A DNA stretch of 64,000 nt from the IMG/VR virus record IMGVR_UViG_3300035182_001315. One strand, written 5' to 3'. Positions 1-9,983 of this stretch are shown piece after piece (within the stretch, counting starts at the first letter, position 1; every line of letters begins with the position of its first letter). The position numbers and the translations under genes were made by a program. This DNA is from a virus. Lineage: Duplodnaviria > Caudoviricetes. The notes below the pieces were generated by a model. The model did no database searches and was not told where the DNA came from. It saw nothing but the letters and a program-made list of their open reading frames with translations.

Positions 1-73
1 GAGTATCAGTCCCAGTAAAATCATTAGGACTAATATTTCTTGCATTAATATCTACGTGTGTTATAAATGACAT
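1..73 (-). CDS. 5' part of a probable tail/virion protein, truncated by the window edge (MSFITHVDINARNISPNDFTGTDT...)
   Basis: ATG at 73-71, open to position 1; follows the tail fibre gene on the same strand. Confidence 0.6.
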   Translation of the reverse strand, partial: MSFITHVDINARNISPNDFTGTDT

Positions 74-96
74 TCTTTACGTTTTACTTGCTCTTC

Positions 97-2253
97 TTAT
101 ATCAAATCCCAATATGTACCATCATTGATGAACACAAAACCTTCACCCGGATTAATGTTATATGATGTTCCAGCTGATGTACTATAAATAGTCGTTGATG
201 CATCTGAAACATTCATTGTAAGTATACCAGAACCACGGTTCTTAATAGCAAACTCCCAACCTGTTTTACCAGAGATAGGTGGCAATGACCAAGTACCTGT
301 AGTTCCCGTAAATATGTGAGCGTATGCTGTACCTGTAAGCGTCAATGAAGCTGCACCAGATACCAACACACCAAATGCTCTGTTACCGTTGACCTGAAGT
401 CTTGCGCCGTTTTCAGAAACTGGGGTTGTGAAACCTAACAGAATATTCTGAGAACCATTACCAAGAATTGCAACGTTGGATACGTTGGTTGTTATACCAG
501 CACCAATTATTGTTGTGTTAATAATAGCTGAAATGCTATCTGTACTTGTACCAATCAAGATGTTATTATCAAGCAATGTACCATTTACGTTTGCGTTGGT
601 ACCAATTGCAATATTGTTTACACCGAGTAATACCTGACGAGATGCACTTGCACCAATTGCGATATTCTGGAACGATGGTCTTGTTAGTTTGGATGTACCA
701 TTCTGCCAGAACATCGCACTTAAACCAATAGCAATGTTGGTATCACCAGACATGGCACCACCAGCCTTTGTACCAATCAAGACGTTATTGTTTGTACTAC
801 CAGTTGCTTCTTGCATCGCAGAGTCACCGAATACAATGTTATCACTACCATTTTGGTTGTTTAACATTGATGTTCTACCCATTGTTAAGTTTCTACTACC
901 AGTAAAGTTTGTTGTTTGTGATGCATGGCCAATAGCGATGTTACTTACACCAGTTGTTAAAGCTGAAAGGGCTCTGAAACCAACAGCAGTATTGCTTGTC
1001 GATGCAGTGATGGATGCCAAAGCATCTTCACCAATACCAACGCTCGTGTTGTTTGTTGCGTGACCACCGGCATTTTTACCAATGAACAAAGAAGTAAATC
1101 CAGCAGCAATTGGTGCTCTCATCTCCATCGCTACAACACCAGCAGAATTTTTAACCGCAAAGAATGGTGTAAAAGCTGATTGAGTTGATGGAAGTATGAT
1201 TGTCTGTTGTACAGCATTTGTTTTTCCAGTAATAACAAATTGGCCATTCAATGTAAAGCCAGTAGGATTGAACAAAGCTAAGTCACTTCTATTAATATCA
1301 CTTGTCCCGTTACCGATAACAACAAGTGACTCTGTATTTCCCGTTTTGTTCCAATAACCCATTGCTGAACTACCAGAAAGAAGAGAATATGTACCAATAC
1401 CTCCAGCATTTGAATAATCGCCGATAGCCTGAGTCGAATTACCTTCAGAATGTGAACCAATACCAATAGCTGTTGTACTGATACCTTCCGCATGTGAACC
1501 CTCACCTTGAGAAATAGAACTACGACCTTCAGCGTGTGAATTACTACCATTAGCTGTTGTGGCAGAACCCTCAGCATGAGAATAATCACCGCTTGCAATT
1601 GTTGTCCATCCTTCGGCATGTGCCGCAGTACCTAATGCCTGTGTAAAGAAACCTTCAGCGTGGGAAAAGTTATTAAGTGTTTGTGTTGAGAAACCTTCAG
1701 CATGTGATGATGCACCACTTGTTACAGTTGCCTGTCCTTCAGCATGTGAGTTATTACCCAGAGCTTGTGTACTATTACCTTCTGCATGTGAACCAAAACC
1801 TTGCGCAACTGTACTTGAACCCTCTGAGTGAGAGTTGGTACCCAACGCTTGCGTACCACCGCCTTCCGCATGCGTGAACGCACCTGATGCAGTATTGGTA
1901 TCACCATTTCTCATTTGACCATTTACGGTAATACCACTAAAGAAATCAATTACTGTAGTAAATGTGGCAGTTCCAGTTTTTGCTGTTAATACGTTTCCAG
2001 CGAATGTAAGTCCGCTTAAGGTACCTGTACCACCGCTCGTTCCACCACTTGATGTTACAAACGGGATTTCAATGGTGGAACCATTTACAAGGTTAAGAAT
2101 CAATTGGTTATTATTGGTTGAACCTGTATAGATATCTTGACCCTTCAAGAAAATGAAGTTGTTATCCACATCAGCTTGGCTCAACACACTACCTCTGGTT
2201 TCGTCACCATAAGGGCTGTCTAAGGTTCTTAATATCAATTTATTGTTCGGCAT
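97..2253 (-). CDS. Tail fibre / adhesin with YadA-head-like 14-aa repeats (SHAEGxxTxAxG and NxAIG types)
   Basis: About 12 HAEG repeats plus NT/IAIG repeats. Start moved from 2328 to ATG 2253, which lies downstream of a terminator and a TATTTAT motif. Confidence 0.8.
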   Translation of the reverse strand: MPNNKLILRTLDSPYGDETRGSVLSQADVDNNFIFLKGQDIYTGSTNNNQLILNLVNGSTIEIPFVTSSGGTSGGTGTLSGLTFAGNVLTAKTGTATFTTVIDFFSGITVNGQMRNGDTNTASGAFTHAEGGGTQALGTNSHSEGSSTVAQGFGSHAEGNSTQALGNNSHAEGQATVTSGASSHAEGFSTQTLNNFSHAEGFFTQALGTAAHAEGWTTIASGDYSHAEGSATTANGSNSHAEGRSSISQGEGSHAEGISTTAIGIGSHSEGNSTQAIGDYSNAGGIGTYSLLSGSSAMGYWNKTGNTESLVVIGNGTSDINRSDLALFNPTGFTLNGQFVITGKTNAVQQTIILPSTQSAFTPFFAVKNSAGVVAMEMRAPIAAGFTSLFIGKNAGGHATNNTSVGIGEDALASITASTSNTAVGFRALSALTTGVSNIAIGHASQTTNFTGSRNLTMGRTSMLNNQNGSDNIVFGDSAMQEATGSTNNNVLIGTKAGGAMSGDTNIAIGLSAMFWQNGTSKLTRPSFQNIAIGASASRQVLLGVNNIAIGTNANVNGTLLDNNILIGTSTDSISAIINTTIIGAGITTNVSNVAILGNGSQNILLGFTTPVSENGARLQVNGNRAFGVLVSGAASLTLTGTAYAHIFTGTTGTWSLPPISGKTGWEFAIKNRGSGILTMNVSDASTTIYSTSAGTSYNINPGEGFVFINDGTYWDLI
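1400..1895 (-). repeat. Coding tandem repeat, 42-nt/14-aa period (HAEG repeats)
   Basis: Recurrent ccttc(a/c/t)gc(a/g)tg at about 42-nt spacing; protein repeats SHAEGxxT. Confidence 0.85.
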
Positions 2254-2265
2254 GGAGTCTTTAAC

Positions 2266-2275
2266 AATAAATATC
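2266..2275 (-). promoter_or_regulatory. Putative late promoter GATATTTATT
   Basis: Same motif precedes many structural genes. Confidence 0.6.
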
Positions 2276-2308
2276 AACCCCAGCCCTTTTAGTACAATCT
2301 TTAAACAA

Positions 2309-2332
2309 AAAAGTGCCCCGGAAGGCACTTTT
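2309..2332 (-). terminator. Rho-independent terminator
   Basis: AAAAGTGCC-CCGGAA-GGCACTTTT hairpin with T tract, after the 2351..5926 gene. Confidence 0.8.
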
Positions 2333-2350
2333 AAGCTTAATTTTGATTTT

Positions 2351-5300
2351 TTATTGATTTGTAACCGTAGCCGTTAATATTTGTGTATTGTTGGCGTTCG
2401 GAAACCTTGAAACACCAGCCGGTATCGGAATATACATTCTGCCATTCTCAACGATAAAGTAATAATTGAACGGCAAGACTGTTGACGAACCCAGAACTGG
2501 ATATGTAGAGTAATTAGCTGTTTTCCAGTTAAGACCATCCTTTGAAGTCCTTACACCATAGTAATCCAAGATATACAAGTTGTTGAATTCATCAGTTGTC
2601 AACCCATATACGTTACCACCAGCCTCAGAGTATTTTATTAATTTCCAATCAACACCATCAACAGAACGGAATAGACCCTTACCGGCGATACTTGTACCTG
2701 TTATAGTATAAGATATATAGAAAAATCCGTTAAAGAATCTCATAAATGCTGGAGCACCAATAAACGTACCAACCATTTCCTTAGACCAATTGAGACCATC
2801 GTTCGTACTGGTCCAAATGATTGAGTTGTTATTTGATGCAATAAGCCATCTACCGTTGCCGTAAGAAACAGCCGTTAAATCATCCTTGGATTGAAGATAG
2901 ATTTTGGTCCAGTTTATACCATCTGTAGAACGGTAAACATCACCCCACTGACCACCAACGATAAACACACCATTACCAAATCCCGCAAAATAGAATCTAC
3001 CAACCTTGCTTTGATAACTTATTGGTGACACATCGGCCCAATTTATACCGTCAGTACTTCTTAATATAGTTCCACCCGCACCCGCAGCGATATAACAACC
3101 CGCACCGAATACTACATCAATAATAGAAGCGGTATACGCAAGTGGTGTAAAGCATTGAGTCCAGCCAGATGCAATATTTGTTGATGTTCTGAAACCGGCT
3201 CCTGTAGATGTCAATGACATACTAATAGATGCAATGTAGAAATACCTTCCGTTTACTTTCTTTAAAACACCAGCAGCTGGTGATGATGAAGAATTCTTTT
3301 GCCCCTCATTTGTTTTCCATATAAAACCATCGGTTGAATACCATACAATTTTTTCATTCATCAACACAAAATAACCATTTGCATAATTGAGGACTGCCCT
3401 GATAGAGTTATTTTCTGAAAAACCACCATATGCGACCATATTCCAAGTTGCGCCAGAGTCTCTTGTTACAGCAACCTGTCCGTAAACAAGTTGAACAAGT
3501 ACCGTTGTACCAGAACCATTGGTTGCAGATTGGAAAAATTGGTTTGTACCCTGACTCATCAAGGTAGCTGGTGTAGAAATTGTCCAATTAATTGCATCTG
3601 TGCTCTTCACAAGAGAACCATTTTGCATTACATTTATGTATGTGGCACCATCATATACACCAGTAATACCAATCAATGTTGAACCTGATGAGGCAGGTGT
3701 TGGTATTGGACTGGTCCAGCTAATACCGTCATTGGAATAACTGAAACCATTATTATGATAGATAAAGAATGTATTGTTTAGTACCAACGCATTGTTTACA
3801 AGTGTTGATGCGGAGAAAAAAGTTACACCAGACCAAGTTGTACCATCATCGGAAGCCAATGCCTTCACACTCGCCAAGTTTTGAACAGCAATGAATCTTG
3901 AACCATTATTTACAATACGTGATACAGAACCAGTGAAACCAGATGCGGTAGCTCTTGTGGTAAATCCTGTTGCCGCTGACATGCTCATTGACCTAACAGA
4001 ACCAGTTGACGTACCAACAACAGCAATATCACCTAAGATATCTAAACCAGCATATGAAACGTTCGTATCACCAGAAGGTGCAGCGTTCGTCCAAGTTATG
4101 CCATCAAGACTCGTTGAATATGTTCCAAGAGTACCAACCATTAAATATTTGTTGGCTGTTGAGCTATAGTTCACATTTATTATATTTCTGGCGGCACCAA
4201 GGCTAAAACCCCTTGCTGGAACAGCTACCGAGAAAAATGGATTTTCAGGGTTATTGTCAGTTGACTGAATAATGAAACCAAACGAAGCAGCTGGTACCAT
4301 CCATTTGTTATTAATAAACTTAAATGGAAATATCGTTTGAAGGAATGTTGTTGGAAATGATGAATTATTGTTTGTTGCAGCTGCTGAATTACCTTCAGAA
4401 ACTTGTGTATAAGTTACACTACTTCCCGGATTTGTTTGAACATAAATTGGTGAATAGAGAGTCGTAGGGAACAACAAATTTTTGGTTGCATCTATCCTAT
4501 AAACTAAATTCGTAGTAGCTATTATCGGGTGCGCCGTATAACCCCAAGTAACACCATCATCACTTGAGTAAAAAGTTCCAATAGAACCGACAACATAGAA
4601 TACACCACTTTGGTAATATGTCACAGCAATAGCAGCACCAGTGTTTAATGCTGTAAGAACACCCGGATTAGCAATTTGGTCGTAATTCAAATCTGTCCAG
4701 TTAGCACCATTATCAGTACTTCTAAGAACTCTGGCACCAGTCGTAGAAATAGCAATACATGTATTAGCACCATTGCTTGACATAGCGTTGGCAAAACCAG
4801 AACTACCATAATATGTGTTGGTTACATTTGATGTTGACCATGTAATAAAATCATTTGTATAATATGATTGGTTTGCCACAGCAGAAAATACATGCCATCT
4901 ACCGTTGCTGTAAGCAATAGCATTGATATTTTGTGCAATTGGCAATTGTGAGAAAGTCCATGTTAATCCGTCGAAGCTATACCAAATGAGACCAGCTTGG
5001 TTGGCGTATGCAACAAATCTATCACCTAAAAATAAAACCTTTTGTAACGGTGTTTTAACTGATTGAAGTAACGTTGTTGGAATAGCCAATGGAACCTCAG
5101 ACCAGTTGATACCATCAGTTGAGCGATATAAACCATAACCATTAGATGCAGTGGCGGCAAGACCAATTGTCATAACAAATACACCATTACCAAACGCCAG
5201 ACCATCAATTGAAGTGCTCTGAGTCGAATTGGAAATAATTGCATCATTCCAATTTAAACCATCGGTAGAATACGTTAATACAGGGCCAAGCGTTACGTTA

Positions 5301-5926
5301 CCTGCAACCGGATTACCACCAGCAACAAACAAACCATTACCATAGAATATAAAGGCGTAAAGACTTGCCGATTCATTCTTGACATATGTTGACCATGTTG
5401 CCCCACTATCTGTACTACGAATCAAAGAGCCAGTAGAACCAATAACCACGTGTGTACCAGCACTGTTGGTTGCGCCAATACCGTAACAGTTCGCAGCAGG
5501 TGGAGAAGCAAAGGTGTTAACATAGTAAGGAGCAAGTTCAATTGTTGTTCCGGTTCTTACAGCCTTTGTATCAAAATCAACATCTGGAGCAAGTATATTA
5601 AAACTTGACGCAGTAACACCACTTGAGAATGCAGCTGATGTACCAGAAATACTCTGATTAAATATTACATTTGTTGTGAATGCACTAATAGTTGTATTTA
5701 CTGTTCCACCTGTTAAATTTTTCAATGAAAGTGTATTTGCAGAGAAAGTTGCACCCGTTAAGATACTACCAGAACCCCCAGTACCACCAGAGATTTGAGT
5801 GTTTAAGTAAGATGTAAGGGCACTAAGGGATAGAACCATGGTTGAACCGCTGGCATCCATCAAGAAAATATTCTCACCACTTGGTGACGTATTTATCGGA
5901 AATTGACTGATTTCTTTATTTGGCAT
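2351..5926 (-). CDS. Large receptor-binding/tail protein with about 19 Asp-box-like (SxDGxxW) repeats, multi-beta-propeller
   Basis: RSTDGINW, YSTDGLNW, SSDDGVTW, TSLDGITW and similar; N-terminal anchor-like segment. Confidence 0.75.
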   Translation of the reverse strand: MPNKEISQFPINTSPSGENIFLMDASGSTMVLSLSALTSYLNTQISGGTGGSGSILTGATFSANTLSLKNLTGGTVNTTISAFTTNVIFNQSISGTSAAFSSGVTASSFNILAPDVDFDTKAVRTGTTIELAPYYVNTFASPPAANCYGIGATNSAGTHVVIGSTGSLIRSTDSGATWSTYVKNESASLYAFIFYGNGLFVAGGNPVAGNVTLGPVLTYSTDGLNWNDAIISNSTQSTSIDGLAFGNGVFVMTIGLAATASNGYGLYRSTDGINWSEVPLAIPTTLLQSVKTPLQKVLFLGDRFVAYANQAGLIWYSFDGLTWTFSQLPIAQNINAIAYSNGRWHVFSAVANQSYYTNDFITWSTSNVTNTYYGSSGFANAMSSNGANTCIAISTTGARVLRSTDNGANWTDLNYDQIANPGVLTALNTGAAIAVTYYQSGVFYVVGSIGTFYSSDDGVTWGYTAHPIIATTNLVYRIDATKNLLFPTTLYSPIYVQTNPGSSVTYTQVSEGNSAAATNNNSSFPTTFLQTIFPFKFINNKWMVPAASFGFIIQSTDNNPENPFFSVAVPARGFSLGAARNIINVNYSSTANKYLMVGTLGTYSTSLDGITWTNAAPSGDTNVSYAGLDILGDIAVVGTSTGSVRSMSMSAATGFTTRATASGFTGSVSRIVNNGSRFIAVQNLASVKALASDDGTTWSGVTFFSASTLVNNALVLNNTFFIYHNNGFSYSNDGISWTSPIPTPASSGSTLIGITGVYDGATYINVMQNGSLVKSTDAINWTISTPATLMSQGTNQFFQSATNGSGTTVLVQLVYGQVAVTRDSGATWNMVAYGGFSENNSIRAVLNYANGYFVLMNEKIVWYSTDGFIWKTNEGQKNSSSSPAAGVLKKVNGRYFYIASISMSLTSTGAGFRTSTNIASGWTQCFTPLAYTASIIDVVFGAGCYIAAGAGGTILRSTDGINWADVSPISYQSKVGRFYFAGFGNGVFIVGGQWGDVYRSTDGINWTKIYLQSKDDLTAVSYGNGRWLIASNNNSIIWTSTNDGLNWSKEMVGTFIGAPAFMRFFNGFFYISYTITGTSIAGKGLFRSVDGVDWKLIKYSEAGGNVYGLTTDEFNNLYILDYYGVRTSKDGLNWKTANYSTYPVLGSSTVLPFNYYFIVENGRMYIPIPAGVSRFPNANNTQILTATVTNQ

Positions 5927-5936
5927 TTTAATTAGT

Positions 5937-7760
5937 TTAAGGTGTCCAAATTATCCCGAAACCATCTTCTGATAGAATTACGCTATTGTCAGAGGCTAAG
6001 ATAAAATTGTTATCGGGTAAACCCTTACAATCATATCGGGGTAATTCGCTATAATAAATATTTTCAATGTCCGTAAAACTTAAATCACAGATATTAAACT
6101 TGAATTGAGAGATGGCTCCAACGAAAGAACCAGCAAAGTTCTTCTCAATCGGTAGACCCAAATCCGCTTGGTCTCTACCATCAAAGGTTTGTGTTTCGAT
6201 AAGACCCTGAGAACCACCCCCTAAGCTAAAGTTAAAGGGTACAGCTACTTGCTTTTGCCAGTGTTCTTCAAGTCTCCTTGCGATAAATTCATCAAAGTCA
6301 TGCTTTACAAATTTTAATTTCCCGTTCACATAAATATAAAGAGTACCTTTTCTTTTCGGCTGAACCTCAAGACCACAATCATCTAAATAGTTTGTTTTGA
6401 ATCTGATAACGATGTTGCTCCAGCAATTGCCGGTAACCATACCGCTAAGGGAATAACTCTCTTCAACCGTAACACCGCTAACAAAAGTATCACCAGAACA
6501 CATTCCTGTAACGGTTAATAATCTGTAACCAATAGAACCGTCTTCTCTGATTCTAAAACCAATAGCATTATCGATAACATCCAGATTGTAATCAAGGTTA
6601 TCGAATTCTACTGATTTGCTGAATCCGCTGAAGCTACATGCTGTTTCATTCCCAAAGCCGCTCGGTGCTCCACATGAACCACATCTTGTTGCACCACTGT
6701 TGGCCCTTCCGTAAACCAAGAATGGATTTCTATGGTCAGTAACAACCGTCTTAGGTATTGTTTGAATAATCGGTGTACCGTCATAGCTGCATGCTGTTTG
6801 ATTACCGAATCCACTTGGCGCACCACATGAACCACATCTTGTTGCTCCACTGTTCGCACGACCATAGATAAGGAACGGATTGGTGATAAAGTTGGTGGTT
6901 ACTGAATCCGGTGAAAGAGAAATAGTATGCGCTGTTGCGCCGGTTCCACCAAATCCATTTGCGGCATTTATATAAACTTGTGTTTCCTTAGGTATTGTAC
7001 ACCACTCGCTAACCGTATCAGTACAGCCGGTTGGTTGGGTACATCCGCTTGTACATCCTGTATCAGCACCTTCAAATCTATTCCAGAACTTATTTTCTGC
7101 ACGGGTACCCATGTAGAAAAATATACCTGAGTTCTCAGGGTATGTATCGTTGAGCGTTGTGCCGGTGTTACCAGAACAAGGGCCACTATCTCTCTTTAAC
7201 CAAAATTGAGCTGTCCAAGCTTCATGCACCCTCGTAGGAAGGACCTGATAGGTTGAACCGTCAATCTTATAATAACCCTGATAGAATCCACCACAAAATT
7301 GAGCATAGGTTCCAGCGTTGCCGCTGATGGACGGTACAATATCAATAGGATAGATATAGTTGCCTGTGGTGCCCGTAACTCTTGTGAAGTGCATCCTTGT
7401 ATCACCTGAAGGAATAACGAGCGTAGTGCCGGTTAATGCAGATAACAACGCTTGATTGGATGTATCTCCGCTCAACTTCTCAAATGTTACTAACCCATTG
7501 TCGATACCTGTAAGACCAATTGTGCTGAAGGTATAACCAGTATTGGTTGCGCCGGTCCAGCTTACAAGGCTTGAAATGGTATTGGCAGATGTTGCGCCGG
7601 TGTAGAAGATACCTGAATTATTGAAATCAATATAGGTAACTGTACAGTCTGGTGGTCCAACCAATGGTGATTCATCGACCCCTAAAAAGAAATCCCAGTA
7701 ATCACTATTGCTTAGTATTACATCTAATTTATTAAAATTAAAATTTCGTATGTTCTGCAT
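5937..7760 (-). CDS. Virion protein, probable ConA/LamG-like lectin fold with a duplicated Cys-rich insert
   Basis: WTAQFWL...IYVNGKL...FNFSLGGG...FVGAISQFKF pattern; tail cluster context. Confidence 0.55.
   Translation of the reverse strand: MQNIRNFNFNKLDVILSNSDYWDFFLGVDESPLVGPPDCTVTYIDFNNSGIFYTGATSANTISSLVSWTGATNTGYTFSTIGLTGIDNGLVTFEKLSGDTSNQALLSALTGTTLVIPSGDTRMHFTRVTGTTGNYIYPIDIVPSISGNAGTYAQFCGGFYQGYYKIDGSTYQVLPTRVHEAWTAQFWLKRDSGPCSGNTGTTLNDTYPENSGIFFYMGTRAENKFWNRFEGADTGCTSGCTQPTGCTDTVSEWCTIPKETQVYINAANGFGGTGATAHTISLSPDSVTTNFITNPFLIYGRANSGATRCGSCGAPSGFGNQTACSYDGTPIIQTIPKTVVTDHRNPFLVYGRANSGATRCGSCGAPSGFGNETACSFSGFSKSVEFDNLDYNLDVIDNAIGFRIREDGSIGYRLLTVTGMCSGDTFVSGVTVEESYSLSGMVTGNCWSNIVIRFKTNYLDDCGLEVQPKRKGTLYIYVNGKLKFVKHDFDEFIARRLEEHWQKQVAVPFNFSLGGGSQGLIETQTFDGRDQADLGLPIEKNFAGSFVGAISQFKFNICDLSFTDIENIYYSELPRYDCKGLPDNNFILASDNSVILSEDGFGIIWTP
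6633..6881 (-). repeat. Internal duplication of NPFLxYGRANSGATRCGSCGAPSGFGNxTACS, 153-nt period
   Basis: Copies at 6633-6728 and 6786-6881. Confidence 0.9.
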
Positions 7761-7762
7761 TA

Positions 7763-8986
7763 TTAAAAGGTTTCAAGCTTCGTTCTTTTCCAGCCAGTAT
7801 TTGTTTTTATATAAAGATATTCGTTGTCTCGTGTCACAGAACCTTCAAGCTCAGCTATCTCTAACGCTGATTGCGGTGTATAGAAAGGAATAACCAAACC
7901 CATTGGCTTGAGGTTATTGTTCGTAATCCAATCACCATGCTTGTCAGTTACAAACTCAGCTGTACCATCTTCACTCATCGCATGCAAGACCTTCATACCA
8001 CCACCGATTGATGAACCGTAGTTTCCGTTGAAGTTTAATTCAATGTCATTATCTTCAGCTATGATGGTCTGTGTATTCACGACACTCTTACTTGTTATGG
8101 TACCACCACTGCTTACAAGTTCTTTTAATGCTTCAACCAACAAAGGAGTTACATTATCATAATGCACACCCATGTAAAGTTCTGGCGACTTTTTGTTTAC
8201 GAAAGCCAGTTCAGGTACTGCCTTAGCAACTTCCTGAGCAATAAATCCAATTCTCTTATCACCAGTTGGTTCAAGGGCCCAGTTGTAATAAATACCACTT
8301 AAGGAAAGGACCTTACCCAAAGCTCCGGTGATTGGAACAATGTTTGTTTTGAGTCTTTTATCAGAAGTATTCACGGTTAACGTACCATCTGAAGTATAAT
8401 GTAACGAACCGGCCTGTGCTGCCGAACCGATGTTTGTAAATTGAGCATCGCCGGTTGCAATCAATTGTTTTGTTCTTGTGATACCTGAAACATCAACCCA
8501 GATTGTACGGCCAGTAAAATCCAGTGTACCGGCAGTCAGGAATTGAAGAACTTGAGTTGTTGCTTGACCAGAATAATTTCCACCACCCAAGTTCAAATAT
8601 GTTGTTGGGGTGAAGTCATAACTTACGCCGGAGTAAATCAGAACCACGGTATTTCCGTCAATTACGGTTGTGGTTTTGGCTGTGAAGCCTTTGGTATACT
8701 GGGTAGTTGCACTCAAGTTGGCTGAAAGTGGGGTAAAAAGACCTGTTACAGCCAAATTCATATTTGAATTTCCAAAATTGTATGTTGTTGTTGTCGCATT
8801 ACCTGAAAAAGTACTTGAAACGTTGGTTAATGTGCTTGTTTGTCCAGTTGCCAATAAGTCAGGGCCGTGTGTCAACGCACTGAAAGGAACACCAAATACC
8901 GTAGTTCCTGATAACACGGTAGTTGTCTCAGGTCTCTGCTTAATTTGTCTGTTATCCGAAAAGTCCAATTTTGTTCTAAATGCCAT
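7763..8986 (-). CDS. Tail fibre/spike protein with peptidase S74 intramolecular chaperone domain
   Basis: TSDKRLKTNI...IGFIAQEV...GVHYDNVTPLLVEALKEL. Confidence 0.8.
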   Translation of the reverse strand: MAFRTKLDFSDNRQIKQRPETTTVLSGTTVFGVPFSALTHGPDLLATGQTSTLTNVSSTFSGNATTTTYNFGNSNMNLAVTGLFTPLSANLSATTQYTKGFTAKTTTVIDGNTVVLIYSGVSYDFTPTTYLNLGGGNYSGQATTQVLQFLTAGTLDFTGRTIWVDVSGITRTKQLIATGDAQFTNIGSAAQAGSLHYTSDGTLTVNTSDKRLKTNIVPITGALGKVLSLSGIYYNWALEPTGDKRIGFIAQEVAKAVPELAFVNKKSPELYMGVHYDNVTPLLVEALKELVSSGGTITSKSVVNTQTIIAEDNDIELNFNGNYGSSIGGGMKVLHAMSEDGTAEFVTDKHGDWITNNNLKPMGLVIPFYTPQSALEIAELEGSVTRDNEYLYIKTNTGWKRTKLETF

Positions 8987-9001
8987 TTTTGAGCGGTTTA
9001 T

Positions 9002-9032
9002 TATAAATATTCGGCCTTTCTGATATATTTAT
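9002..9032. promoter_or_regulatory. Back-to-back divergent late promoters (ATATTTATA on -, TATTTAT on +)
   Basis: tataaatat at 9002-9010 serves gene 8986; tatttat at 9026-9032 serves the + strand cluster. Confidence 0.6.
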
Positions 9033-9534
9033 GATTAAAGAATTATTTATGTCAATGAATAAAAATGATATTGCTGAAAATCCAATCACAGAATTAGTTG
9101 ATTCTGAAGGTAGCCCAATCAGCGGTGACAGGAACGCTACAAGCGATTCTGAAATCGAAACTGGGCCTGTTCAGAAGCCATTTAACGATGATTCTGACTA
9201 CGAAAAAGGCATGTCAACAACAACTGACAGAGCGACAAGATATGCTCAGAATATACCTTGGTTTGCTGTTTACAGCTATGGTCAAACCGCTGGCCCAATT
9301 GCCAGAGTGAATGAAACCAAAAAGAAATTAACCAAGAAGCAACTTGAAGAGGATATCAAGGAAGACCTTGTAAAGAAGTCAACCAGAGACCGTGATGTAA
9401 TGAGCAAAGAAGAGAAGGCTGAGAAATTGATTGATAAAATCGGTGATGCAATTGATGCTGTTGAATTAACGCCGGACCAGCTTGAGAAGATAAAGACCGC
9501 TGTAATGAATAAATTGAGCAAAGCAGATGCCTAA
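9031..9534 (+). CDS. Hypothetical protein, putative internal head protein (true start may be 9049 or 9055)
   Basis: ORF; VNE/LEE/IKE motifs; late motif upstream. Confidence 0.6.
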   Translation: MIKELFMSMNKNDIAENPITELVDSEGSPISGDRNATSDSEIETGPVQKPFNDDSDYEKGMSTTTDRATRYAQNIPWFAVYSYGQTAGPIARVNETKKKLTKKQLEEDIKEDLVKKSTRDRDVMSKEEKAEKLIDKIGDAIDAVELTPDQLEKIKTAVMNKLSKADA

Positions 9535-9982
9535 CCAAAAACTTGTAAATAAGGTTTATGACGTACCACCGGAGCTTCAGAGCTTTTTGGGGCCGACAAT
9601 CACCTACCAGAACCTTAAGATGACGAAATCTCGTTTAAAAAAGGCTCAGGATGATAAAAATGTGGCTGAATTTGATAGAAAAGGTGGAGAAAACGTAAAA
9701 AAATGGATTGATGGCTTGTTGAAAAAGGACCGTGACGCTATTTATAATACTAAGAAGATTGGGATGGATACTGGCCGTGAGAATCAGTTTTTGAAAACCC
9801 ATGACAAGGACCAGAGCAAGAACCCAACTAAGGTTGGTGGTTTGCCGAAGATTGGAAAGGGGAGTGTGAACAGGAAAATAATGACGAACACAGAAGTTTA
9901 CAACGAATCCATCAATAAAGAATTAAAAGATATCATATACCTGATGGAGTATATGGATAATAATAAAAAACAAACAATTTAA
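9527..9982 (+). CDS. Hypothetical protein
   Basis: ORF overlapping the upstream stop. Confidence 0.65.
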   Translation: MPNQKLVNKVYDVPPELQSFLGPTITYQNLKMTKSRLKKAQDDKNVAEFDRKGGENVKKWIDGLLKKDRDAIYNTKKIGMDTGRENQFLKTHDKDQSKNPTKVGGLPKIGKGSVNRKIMTNTEVYNESINKELKDIIYLMEYMDNNKKQTI

Positions 9983-9983
9983 T

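Noticed and set aside
1400-1895. CRISPR array suggested by about 42-nt periodic repeats
   Set aside because: Repeats are degenerate at third codon positions, in frame inside a tail gene, with no repeat-spacer structure and no cas genes.
2254-2328. N-terminal extension MPSGALF... of the tail fibre
   Set aside because: It overlaps a terminator hairpin and the late promoter; ATG 2253 is the better start.
9002-9009. T4-style TATAAATA promoters read on the + strand
   Set aside because: At nearly every site the adjacent start codon is on the opposite strand, so the functional orientation is TATTTATA.
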